60,000 nucleotides of DNA from Malacoraja senta (lineage: Eukaryota). The position numbers and the translations under genes are program-made. Of the stretch, positions 48,838-60,000 are shown piece after piece (the first letter of the stretch is position 1; every line of letters starts with the position of its first letter). The stretch is taken from the NCBI GenBank assembly GCA_038087875.1, contig CM075996.1:622001-682000 (forward strand), given 5' to 3'. A model generated the notes under the pieces. That model saw nothing but the letters and a program-made list of their open reading frames with translations, searched no databases and was not told the DNA's origin.

Positions 48838-49460
48838 TTTAGTTTATTTAGAGACACCGTGGAAATAGGCTCCTCGGGCCACCAGGAAATAGGCTCCTCG
48901 TGGCGAGCAATGATCACCTGCTACACTAGTTCTATCCTATACATTAGGGTCAATTTACAGAAGTCAATTAACCTGCACATCTTTGGGTTGTGGGAAGAAA
49001 CGGAGCACCTGGAGAAAGCCCACACGTTTCACAGCCAGCACCCCGGTAACCCCCAGCACGCAGAGTCAGGATCAAACCCGGGTCTCTGGCACTGTAATGG
49101 GCCTGTCCCACTTACACAACTTTTTCAGTGACTGCCAGCACCCGTCATAGGTCGTTGCAGGTCGCCGAAAAATTGTCAACATGTTGAAAATCCAGCGGCG
49201 ACCAGAAAAACACTACGACTCTTTGGGTGACTGAGGAGACTACTCACGACCATTCAGGTGATACCCTGGCGACATGTCGCGGGGTGAAGCCTGTATGGTC
49301 GTGAGTAGTTGCCCAAAGAGTCGTACCTTGTTCTGGTCGCCACTGGATTTTCAACATGTTGAAAATTTTCGGCGACCTGCAACGACCTATGACAGGTGCC
49401 GGCAGTAGCCAAAAAAGTGGCGTAAGTGGGACAGGCCCATAAGGCAGCAACTCTACCGCT
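48838..49460 (-). mobile_element. V-SINE (host of MITE 49098-49439)
   Basis: SINE sequence CTGGCACTG-TAA-GGCAGCAACTCTACC is split by the MITE. Confidence 0.8.
49098..49439. mobile_element. Harbinger-type MITE
   Basis: TGGGCCTGTCCCACTTAC...GTAAGTGGGACAGGCCCA, >100-bp imperfect arms; TSD TAA/TAA. Confidence 0.9.
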
Positions 49461-50289
49461 GCATTACTGTGGAAGTGAATGGTTGGGGCAGCCACAGAGT
49501 ACAGAGAGAGGCAAGCAATGGCAAAGGTTGGATCAGATGGTGAATAATCCAACTCGTAGTTTCAGGTCAACGATCTTCTATCAGGATCTGATAGAAGTTG
49601 TAAAGTTCTGTGAGAGGGTAGACAGTCAGAACATCTTGCCTTGGGTGGAAATGTCAATACTAGAGGATATAAAGACATACTGTAGAGTAATGAAGTGTAG
49701 ATGCTGGATCTTGCGCAAAACAGAAAGCGAGACAGGCAGATTCTGAGAAAATGGGTAGGTGATATTTTGAGTCGGGACCCTTCTGCGGGCATAACTTTAA
49801 GGTAAGAGGGAGCAGTTTTATTTTATATAGAGTGGTAGGTGCCACGATTATGCTGACAGGAATGGTGGTGGAAGATATAATAGTGGTGTTTCAGAGACAT
49901 TTGGATACACACATGATATGCAGTGATATGGAGTGCATGCAGGCAGAATGGATTAGTTTAATTAGGCATCACGTTTGGCACAGATATCATGGGCCAAAGT
50001 GGCATTTCTGATGCTATACTATGTTCTATGCATGATAAGATACGTTATCCGTGCCAGCGCTGAGGTCTTCTGGTTTTGTTTCAAATTTCCTGTGTACATA
50101 AAATGTTGTCCCTGCATCAGAATTTTTCAAAATATTGTCACTGTCGTAATGTAGTAACAGCCTATATGCAGCAATGTAATAAAAGATCAGCAATCCTATC
50201 TTTGAGATGTTACTTTGAGGTATAAGCATTGGCCTGGACGTCAGGGAGAATTCTCCCTGCTCTTGTTTGAAAGAGTGCCACAAGATCTC

Positions 50290-51962
50290 CAGGGCCGGAT
50301 TTAGATGAAGAGAGGCCCTAGGCTATTCCACTTGTGAGGCCCCTCCCAATCCCCCACCCCCAAGACGAGAGGAACATGGAAGAGTCCAACACATTGACAC
50401 CAATGTGCAGCCGAGCGTGGGCAATCAGATAAGGGCTGGAAAGCTGCGCTTTCTATTTATTGCCAGTGCTAGTGTCGAGTTATCGACTTAAAACACTATT
50501 ATTCTGAAATGGATGGCAAGGAAAATGACTGGTGTTGTTTAGAGACTACAGTGCGTTGAGACAGCATATGTAAGAAAGGCCTATGACAGTGTCAAAAATA
50601 TTATACACCAGGCCCGTACGAAGCTTTTCAAAAAGGGGGGTGGCATGGCAGGATTACAAAAAATGTATGTGAAATAAGTGCACGCAGTGCATATCACAAG
50701 CGCAAAGTGGAAGACCCTTGCGGCCGAGGCGGGCCCTGGAAGCTCTGGGGTTTTAGATGCTCTCTGGTGCATTCTGAGCCTTATTTTGGAGCATTGTTGC
50801 ACCACATTTATGACCAATATTTTTAGAAATAATTTTGGCTGAGTCAAGAGTAATGAGTGGTTGGAATGGGATGATTGTGGTCATTGTTGTATACATTTTT
50901 ATAAATCAAGAATTGAAGCTGTCCTTGTTTTAATAATCAAGTTGTACTGTAAAATGTTATGTAAAATGTTATAAAGGAGCATGCAAACACTGCAAATAAA
51001 ATACTGTATGTTTTTACAGTAAATAGAACCTTTTTTTAGAAAATGTTTTGTGTGTTGATTTGATTGCCTGTTACTGTTCGACTGTGTTAGTGTGCACATT
51101 AAAAATATGATGCAAAATGAAAGTCGCAAACTATGGAATTCATATTTTTCAGTATTGTTATCAAGGAAAAGAAAGCAGTTCCAATTGTTTGATATTATTC
51201 ATATGGAGAAAATATAATTGCTCTAAAACCTACCTTAATTTTGCAACCTCACTAAAGATAATCCCCCTTTTCCTCTCCCCGCTCCTCCTTCCCCCTCCCT
51301 CTACCTCTCTCTCCCTCCCCATCTCTCCCCCCCTTCCCCTCTCTCTCTCCCCCTCCCCCTCTTTCTCTCTCTCTCCCCCTCCCTTCCCACTCTTTCCCCC
51401 CTCTGTCTCAACCCCCCCTTTCCCCGTCTCACATCCCCCCTTCTCTCTCCCTCCCACGCAGCGAGGCTCCGACTCCGCGCTGCAGACATCGCAGCTCCCA
51501 CCCCCGGCCCGGAGAAACGGGCACTCCCGCAACGCAATATTCCACTACTTACCTGGAGTAGACACGAGGCATCGAGGTGATTGTGTGGAGTGCAAATGGA
51601 GATCTGAACCCGCCCGGGCCCACTGCGCACGCGCGGACAGTGTCATTTTGCGTCGCTACTGCGTCACCGGCTTCCCCAAACTGCACAGTGGTCGCAATTT
51701 TTCCCCCCAAAACTTCCAGCACCGGTACCAGAATTTCGGGTAATTTCCGTCAAAGTGGAAACGCTGATAGCGCTCCAATTTTTTTTTTCTCTGGATTTTT
51801 TAAACTCTGGGATAAAAACACCTTGGCCGGAGGCCCCCTAGATTTTGCGGCCCTAGGCTTCAACCTATGAGGCCTGTAGGTAAATTTGGCCCTGCCGAGG
51901 CCCCCCTTGATCTCGAGGCCCTAAGCTTAAGCTTGTGAAGCTTATACGTAAATCCGGCCCTG
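50290..51962. mobile_element. Non-autonomous hAT transposon (1673 bp) inserted in a minus-strand DeuSINE
   Basis: 14-bp TIR CAGGGCCGGATTTA; perfect 8-bp TSD AAGATCTC (50282-50289, 51963-51970); subterminal GGCCC repeats; no transposase ORF. Confidence 0.9.
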
Positions 51963-54531
51963 AAGATCTCTTGCTGAGAGGTTGACTTGTCCGGTGAAAG
52001 ACACTATCTCTGTCAGTGCACCTCTCCCTGAGTGCTGGCAGAGTATCAGCCTGGATTATACTCTCAAATCTCTGAAGTGAGATCAAACCCTGGTCTTCTG
52101 CCCCATATGTTTCACGTCGCTCCTCATTGTTTGTCTGTCTCTCACACATACACACACACAAGCACACACACTCAGCCTCATAATTCTGTTGGAGGCGGTA
52201 ATTTTGGCCTACTGAATCCATGCCAGCACTCTGTAGGGGAATCCTCTTTGTGATATTCTCACTCAATCTTGGTAACCCTGCAAGTTCCCTTAAATTTGTT
52301 TCCAGTTAACTTTGTAATCATTGATCATCTCTGCTTCCATCAGCCTAGTAGGCAACGTTCCAAGTCATTACCCTTTGTTGCATGAAAAAGGTTCTTCCTC
52401 ACACCCCCTGTATCTTTTGACCACAACCTTATATGGTATCTGCACCCCAGTCATTCCATCAGGAAGCAGGAACTACTATTTCTTGTCTTCCTTTGTAATC
52501 TCGTAACCCTCTGTGAAATCTCATTTTGACCTCCATTGTATCCTGGAAAACAACATAACTTCAACAGCCAAATGCCATCCCTCATCCCCAAAAGCATTTT
52601 GGAAAATCTCCACTGCACATTATCCGGGCCTTCATTTCCTTCTCAAAGTTCAGTGTCCAGAAACTAGATGCAATAATCTGGTTGGTGGTATTCAGAACTG
52701 AAGTATAACTTTAAAAAATACACTCAGTGCTGGAGTAACTCAGCGGGTCAAGAAGCATCCCTAGAGAACATGGATAGGTGACTTTTTGGGTCAGGACCCT
52801 TCTTGTGTACTTCTTCTGGATTTCTGCTTAGTACCACTGCTGATGACACCTGAGGGCCCATGTGCTTTGCTAACTGTTCTCCCGCCTTCAGAAGATCTAT
52901 GCGCATGAACCGTCTATTATTGCACACTCTTTAGAACTGTGTCATGATGGCTTTATAAACTCGTTCCATTCTTTATGCCAAAATACATTGCCTGACAACT
53001 ATCCTATATCTATATCCACTTCTGACTAAGGACACTGGGATTACAGTATTGGGCCACACATATGGAGAAGATGAAGGTTGCCAACCTTACCTGGGCATAT
53101 TCCTGGAGATTTCATCGCATGACATTGCAAAGGCGCAGGTGTCAGCCATATTCCTCCTCACACCAGTGCCACCATTCAAAATTACCACGTCTGCTCTGAT
53201 CTTGGCCTCGACCACTTTTCTGCTGAATCGCCGTAACTCGCCATTCCCGTCGCCCTAACATCTATCTGTCTTGGCCTTGAAAGGGTTCAATAATTCAGAC
53301 TGCATATCTTTCCCAGGCAAACAATTCCATAGATTCATGAATGTCTGAGAAAATACATATATCCGCATAATCTTAAAAGGGCAACGCCTTATTCTGAGAT
53401 ATCACCGTGGCTCTGGTTCCGGAGGTGAAGCATTCTCTAGCATGTCACGTCCCCTCAGAATCTTTTATGTTTCAACAAGATCACATCTCATTCTAAACAT
53501 TACCGAGTAGAGGCTCAACTTGTCCACATAAGAAAGCTCCTTCATACCAGGAGTCAGCCTAATGAATCTTATATGAACTGCCTCCAGAATAAGTAAAGCC
53601 CTCCTTAAATAAGGAGACCAATATCTATCTTGTTTTCTTGCCTCAAACTACTCATTCCCCACGCATCAATTACGCACAGTGCCTACCAAAGGCCACTTGG
53701 AAAAAAGATCAAACCTTTTGTCGTTCAACTGTATCCATCTTAACCTTTAATTAAACCTAACCCTAACCAGGGATGAGACCAGTGAGCACCAGAGGGACAT
53801 TTGTCCACAAAATGACACCCTAACCCAACCTCTATTATTTCTAGTAAAAAAATCCTCAAAGATATTGAAAGGAGAATCCTAAATAGGAACTTCTGGTAGC
53901 ATTCAGCAGGTCAGACAGCATCCATGGAGAACACAGTCAATACTTCAGTTTGAGAACACTTTGTTGGAACTAGAAGATTGAGACTACATGTTTTAAGTGC
54001 AGAGGGATGGGGAGAACACTTTGAATCTGCTGATAAGGTGCCAATGTTGTCAAGGTAACAATTATATTAAAAACTGGCAGATTGAGATAGGAGAAAAGAG
54101 AAGTTTGTTAAAACATAAAAGAATCTCCACATCTGCGGAGAGAAACAAAATATGAGTTGTTCGGTTTATCATTAAGTCGCGTGGCAGCTACATTTCCTGT
54201 TGGAAGATGAGATGCTGTTGCTCGAACTTATCTTGAGCATCTTTGGAGCAATACGGGAGACCAGACAGGTGAGAGCAAGAGTGCAGCTGACAGGTAACTG
54301 GAAACTCAGGGTCACCCTTTCAGAACACCCTTGAATTGTGGTGTTCTGCACAGTAGTCACCCAATCTGCAGCTCTGATATTGAGGAGTCCACATCGCGAG
54401 CACCAAACATTAATTTAGGAAGACACATAATGGGGGAGTAACTCAGCGGGTCAGGCAGCATCTCTGGAGTAATATACATAGGTGATGTTTTGGGTTGGGA
54501 TCCTACTACAGAGGAAGCGGGAGAGAAAGCT

Positions 54532-54990
54532 CATCTTCCTGCGCTCTAAGGAATAGAGACCCAGCCTACTCAACCTCTCCCTATAGCTCACACCCTCTAG
54601 TCCTGGCAACATCCTCGTAAATCGTCTCTGAACCCTTTCAAGCTTGACGATATCTTTCCTATAACATGGTGCCCAGAACTGAACACAATACTCTAAATGT
54701 GGTCTCACCAACATCTTATACAACTGCAACATGACCTCCCGACTTCTATACTCAGTACTCTGGCTGATGAAGGCCAATGTGGCAAAAGCCTTTTTGACCA
54801 CCTTATCTACCTGTGACTCGACCTACAAGGAACCATGCACCTGCACTCCTCGATCCCTCTGCTCTACAACACTCCCCAGAGGCCTGCCATTTACGGTGTA
54901 GGTCCTGCCCTTGTTAGACGTCCCAAAATGCAACTCCTCACACTTCTCTGTATTAAATTCCATCAACCATTCCTCAGCCGCCTGGCCAAT
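54532..54990 (-). mobile_element. CR1 RT 3' fragment
   Basis: [37 protein letters not shown]. Confidence 0.9.
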
Positions 54991-55369
54991 CATATTACTA
55001 AATTAGGAATGCAAGAGAATTGGTGCTTCACCTGGAAGGACTGTTTGTGTCCATGAATGTTGGGAAAGAAGGAAAGGGGAAGGTATTACATTCCTTGCAA
55101 TTGCATGGGAAATGCCATAAGAAGAGGGATAGCACGTTCCAGCATGTGGATCTTGGTGGGGAGGTAGCAGTAGGATGTCTAGGGCTTGCGGACTATTAGG
55201 CTGGAGGATGTAGAGGGAAGATCTCTCAAGGATATTAGGTCCGTTTCTGTCTGGGGAAACAATGGCCTGACATTCAGAGAGGTCATGGACCGAGAAGCTG
55301 CGAAGAGATGTATGGGACCTGACATTCAGCTTCCGCAAAGTAAAGGTCAAGTCATCAAACATCAGTTTT

Positions 55370-55595
55370 CATCACCCTGCTGTAGAAAGGATGCTGTTTA
55401 GGTGGGAAAGAGTGCAGAGAAGATTCACAAGGATGTTGCCAGGACTTGAGGGCCTGAACTATAGGGAAAGGTTGGGCAGGCTGGGACTTTATTCCTTGGA
55501 GCACGGGAGAGGTGATCTCATCGAGGTGTACAAAGTCATGAGGGGAATAGACGGAGTGAATGTTCAGAGCAGGGTAATCAAGAACCAGTTTAAAG
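55370..55595 (+). mobile_element. CR1 fragment
   Basis: ERVQRRFTRMLPGLEGLNYRERL. Confidence 0.85.
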
Positions 55596-55626
55596 TTTAA
55601 AGTTCTCTCTTTCTGTCTTTCACAAA

Positions 55627-55940
55627 GACACAGTGGCACAACTGGTAAAACTGATGCCTCACACAGCCAAAGACCTGGATTCGATTCTGAACTCGGGTGC
55701 TATGAGTATGTGTGGAGTTTGCATGTTCTCCCTGTGACTGCGTGGGTTTCCTCTCGGTGCTCCAGTTTCCTCCCACCTCCTAAAGATGCGTGTGTTTTCA
55801 CCTCTGTAAATTATTCATAGTGTGATAGGAGTGGATGAGAAAGTCGAATAACATAGAGCTAGTGTGAATGGGAGATCGGTAGTTGGCGTGGACTCAAAGG
55901 GACAAAGGGCCTGTTTCCATACTGTATCTCGAAACTAACG
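55627..55940 (+). mobile_element. V-SINE (diverged)
   Basis: tRNA-like head, V-domain, GGGCCTGTTTCCATACTGTATCTC tail. Confidence 0.8.
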
Positions 55941-56038
55941 TAAGAGATGACATGTGTAGGAAGGAACTGCAGATGTTGGTTTAAACCGAAGATAGACACT
56001 AAAAGCCGAAGTAACTCAGCGGGACAGGCAGCATCCTG

Positions 56039-57525
56039 ATAGAAACATAGAAAATAGGTGCAGGAGAAGGCCATTTGGCCCTTTGAGCCAGCTCCGCCAT
56101 TCAATATGATCATTGCTGATCATCCAAAATTAGTAGCCCTTTTCGGCCTTTTCCCCCCATATCTCCTGGTTCCGTTAGCCGTAAGAGCTATATCTAACTC
56201 TCTCTTGAAAACATCCAGTGAATTGGCCTCCACTGCCTTCTGTGGCAGAGAATTCCACAGAATTGCAACTGTGGGTGAAAAAGTTGTTCCTCATCTCAGT
56301 CCTAAATGGCCTACCCCTTATTCTTAAACTTAAATTCTTAACCCCTGGTTCTGGACTCAACCAACATCGGGAACATTTTTCCTGCATCGAGCCTGTCCAA
56401 TCCCTTAATAATTTAATATTTCTATAAGATCACCTCTCATCCTAAATTCCAGTGAATATAAGCCCAGTTGATCCATTCTTTCATCATATATCAGTCCCGT
56501 CATCCCGGGAACTTGGTGAATTTACGCTGCACTCCCTCAATAGCAAGAATGTCCTTCCTCAAATTAGGAGACAAAAACTGCACACAATACTCCAGGTGTG
56601 GTCTCACCAGGACCCTGTACAACCTCCTTGCTCCTATATTCAAATCCTCTCGCTATGAACGCCAACACTGCCTTCTGTACCTGCATGCTTACTTTCAGTG
56701 ACTGATGTACAAGGACACCCACGTGTTATGGCACCTCCCCTTTTCCTAATCTGCAACCATTCAAATAATAATCTGCCTTCCTGTTCTTGCCACCAAAGTG
56801 CCACATTTATCCACATTATACTGCATCTGCCATGCATCTGCCCACTCATCCAACCTGTCCAAGTCGCCCTGCAACCTCATAGCATCCTCCTCACAGCTCA
56901 CACTGCCACCCAGCTTTGTGTCATCCGCAAACTTGGAGATGTTACATTTAATTCCTTCGTCTAAATCGTTAATATATATTGTAAATAACTGGTGTTCCAG
57001 CACTGAGCCTTGCAGCACTCCACTAGACACTGCCTGCCATACCGAAATTCCTTTAATTCTTACTCTTTGCTGCCTGTTTACCAACCAGTTCTCTATCCAT
57101 GTTAATACCCTACCCCCAATACCACGTTCTCTAATTTTGCACACCAATCTCTTGTGTGCGACCTTGTTAAAGGCTTTTTCAAAGTCCAGATACACCACAT
57201 CCACTGGCTCTCACTTATCCATTCTACTTGTTACATCCTCAAAAAATTCCATTAGATTAGACAAGCATGATTTCCCCTTCATAAATCCATGCTGACTTTG
57301 ACCGATCCTGTCACTGATTTCCAAATGCGCTGCTATTACATCTTTAATAATGGACTCAACCATCATCCTCACCAATGTCAGGCTAACTGGTCTATAATTC
57401 CCCATTTTCTCTCTCCCTCCTTTCTTAAAAAGTGGGATTACATTAGCTACGCTCCAATCCACAGGAACTGATCCAGAGTCTGTAAAACATCGGAAAATGA
57501 TCACCAATGCACCCACGATTTCTAG
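56039..57525 (-). mobile_element. CR1 LINE, RT domain with stops and frameshifts
   Basis: [44 protein letters not shown]. Confidence 0.93.
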
Positions 57526-58410
57526 GGACGCTCTTCCCTTTGCACTTTGCACTCCCTGACACCGGGCACTTTCCCCTGTGATGCAGGTTATGCAACATTT
57601 ATTCTTACACCTCTCCCTCACCACTATCCAGGACCTAAACAGCCCTTCCAGACGAGGCAAATATTCTTGAGCACCTCCTCCAATGTTGTCACCCGCATTT
57701 GGTGCTGCCAATGTGTTCTCAACATCAGTAAGACCAAGCGCAGCCCGGGTGACTGAATTGCAGAGCATCTGTGCTCTATCCGCAATAGCCATCCAAAGCT
57801 CCTTCTTGCGTGCCATTTCAACTGTCCTCGACCTTCTGCACTACTAGGATGGGGCCCAATGCAGACTGGAAGAATCATACCTCATAACTTGCCTGGGTAA
57901 TCTACAAACCAATGGTGTGAACATGAATTATTCCAATTTCAAGTTACCCTTACCTCCTTTTTCTCCTCTCCCCCAACCCCACATCCCTTCTGATCCACAT
58001 CTGGTCCTCCCATTTTGTCTCCTTTCCCATATCCTCACTTCAGCATGGCATCACCCATTTTTTATCACTCTCCCCTTCAGGTCTCGTTCAGTCCTGCCAC
58101 TCACACATTTTATCCGCCGGATATCACCTCTCTCCATCTGGTTATGATTCCATCTGCCCTTCATCTCTCCCCTAATGGTTCCCATTATAACGTCAGATCC
58201 CAGCACAAGCAGCCTTTGTATTTCTGCTTATCACCCTCCTAGATGTCTCCACCTTCATCCTCTCCTCCCCCCACATAGCTCTATCTCCCTTTTTTCGTCT
58301 GCCTTCACCACTCTCCCTCTCCTTTTTGTACTGGCTCTGCTCCCTCTCATTTAACACCGACAGTTCTTTTCCACCATAGATGCTGTTTGACACACCGAGT
58401 ATCTCCAGCA
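57526..58410 (+). mobile_element. Degenerate Penelope-like element (GIY-YIG remnant, pyrimidine-rich 3' UTR)
   Basis: PGTFPC..GPKQPFQTRQIFLSTSSNVV..TKRSPGD parallels ORF 30021-30410. Confidence 0.75.
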
Positions 58411-59442
58411 GATTGTTTGTTGTTGAATAGAACCTAGGGGGGATGCATAAGGGGAAAGAATCTGACGGGAATGTGCGGGGAATAAAGTGGGATGCGGTAG
58501 GATTTGCGAAAAATTGGGTCGTAGATGGTTGGCGTGTACTCAGTCGGCGGAAGGGACTGATTCTATTACATCTTGAAAGCATCAAAAGGCAAGCCCTTCC
58601 TTCGAGTTAAATAATTTCTTACCACGCTCTGATTCAAACAACATTATCACTGAGCCACAGCTAATAATTAAGTCAGCGTTGCAATTCCTTGAATTCTGTT
58701 TCTCTCCTTTGCCTCCATGAATGGAAAACCACTGACATGTGGTGGATTGATGAATATTTGAAATGGTTGATGCTGGCATCAGCTTCAGAATGGAGTCTGC
58801 CAGAAGCAAAATTCCTAGATCAGACAAAAAAAATGAAAGCTCCACAATGCTACCACCGCCCACTCCACCACCCTTATCCAAGCCATTCAAACCCCTGTGG
58901 AGAGCTGACAGAGCAAAGGCTTCGGGAAATCGACTGCTATCTGACTGCACTAACTCAATAGGCCAAAGTCTGCCTTTGAAGGAGCAAACGCTGTTCCTTT
59001 GTGCTTGCCTTAACTGTTTTGTGCTTTCAATAGTGAGGACAATAGACTTCTTCATCAGTTAAAAGTCCTCACAGGTGCGGTCGAGATTAAAGATGAATCT
59101 CTTGCCAGCTTTTTGGTGTTATCAGTTTGGTTAGACCACAGCCCCCCATCTGACAGGTTTCAAAGGGCGGATGACTTCCTAACCTTCCAATGGCATATAA
59201 CACTTAGGCCAATGAAAGAAAGGGGAAAAAAAACACTTGACTTTCATTTACGCATTTTATTATGTAGTTCTTGGTCTGCTGGTTCTACCAGTGCAAAAAA
59301 TGCTGCTGCCAATTTGCATACAGCAAACTCCCACAAAGAGCAAGGTGGCGATAACCAGACAATGAGCCGGGAAACCATCACCAGTTGTTGTGCTAAATGT
59401 TGATGAGCAGTACCCAGCCTCTGAAATTCATCTCACTGGGAC

Positions 59443-59910
59443 AGAGTAGAATGTGTCGTTGTCGAGCCGCGCGCGGTGAAAGAGACACAGCCGTATCCCA
59501 ATGGCAAGCTTGGCTCACCCACCGCGGAACCGGGAACCCGCCCAGACAGGGAAGCCTTGGAGAGGAGAATGGAGGGAGACGGAGGCAGACGTTGGACAAA
59601 GGGCCCGTTAAGAAGAACCGGGGAGGTCTTACCTTCCGCACCCTCGAGGTTGGCTGCGGGAGGCACCCCCCCCCCCCCCGGGGAATAAGGGCTGGAGAGA
59701 GCCCTGCAAGGAGATGGACGACCGGAATGGAGGCGACGGCTGCAACGAGCCTTTGTGATCAGCTGCTGCTGGGACTGTAAAATGTTCTGTATATTCTGTA
59801 TTAACTGGGGGATTGTGCTTATGTACAGTGATAGTCTTGCTGATCTGTGCGGGGAAAAAGTATTTCCCTGTACCTTGGTACATGTGATAATAAAGAAACC
59901 ATGGAACCAT
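59443..59910 (+). mobile_element. GC-rich non-coding retroposon with Rex1-like 3' tail
   Basis: Ends TTTCCCTGTACCTTGGTACATGTGATAATAAA, similar to the Rex-type tails at 46915-46960 and 23055-23090. Confidence 0.5.
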
Positions 59911-60000
59911 TATATGTGGGTGTAGTGTGTCGGAATTTGTTGAATTCCAGGCAGTCTACATTATTAACCTGTACCATTAGCTGACAAACTCTGTTATCTT

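Noticed and set aside
51547..51560. TACTTACCTGG resembling the U1 snRNA 5' end
   Set aside because: Similarity stops after about 11 nt; better read as a minus-strand splice donor
2848..57525. Autonomous retrotransposon
   Set aside because: All CR1, PLE, Rex1 and Tx1 pieces are truncated or frameshifted; no full-length ORF

Overview
Vertebrate genomic DNA dominated by repeats. It is most likely an elasmobranch (skate/ray), inferred from HE1-like V-SINEs, HER1-like CR1 LINEs and Deu-domain SINEs. Recognisable genes are one intact tRNA-Arg(CCT) gene (1010-1082, -) and part of a synaptogyrin gene, most similar to SYNGR1: a complete 238-nt internal exon (9171-9408, +) and the first 16 nt of the next exon, which is cut by a 200-N assembly gap. 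I could not recognise any host exon in the ~50 kb after the gap. The rest is nested mobile DNA: CR1, Rex1/Babar, Tx1, L1-like and RTE-like fragments, Penelope-like elements (PLEs) with GIY-YIG remnants, many hairpin-shaped PLE ends carrying minimal hammerhead-ribozyme cores, ten PIF/Harbinger-type MITEs with a shared TIR and very different interiors, two hAT elements with 8-bp TSDs, and a minisatellite grown out of a DeuSINE. Repeat family names come from recalled consensus motifs, not database searches. Repeat boundaries are approximate unless a TSD is quoted.
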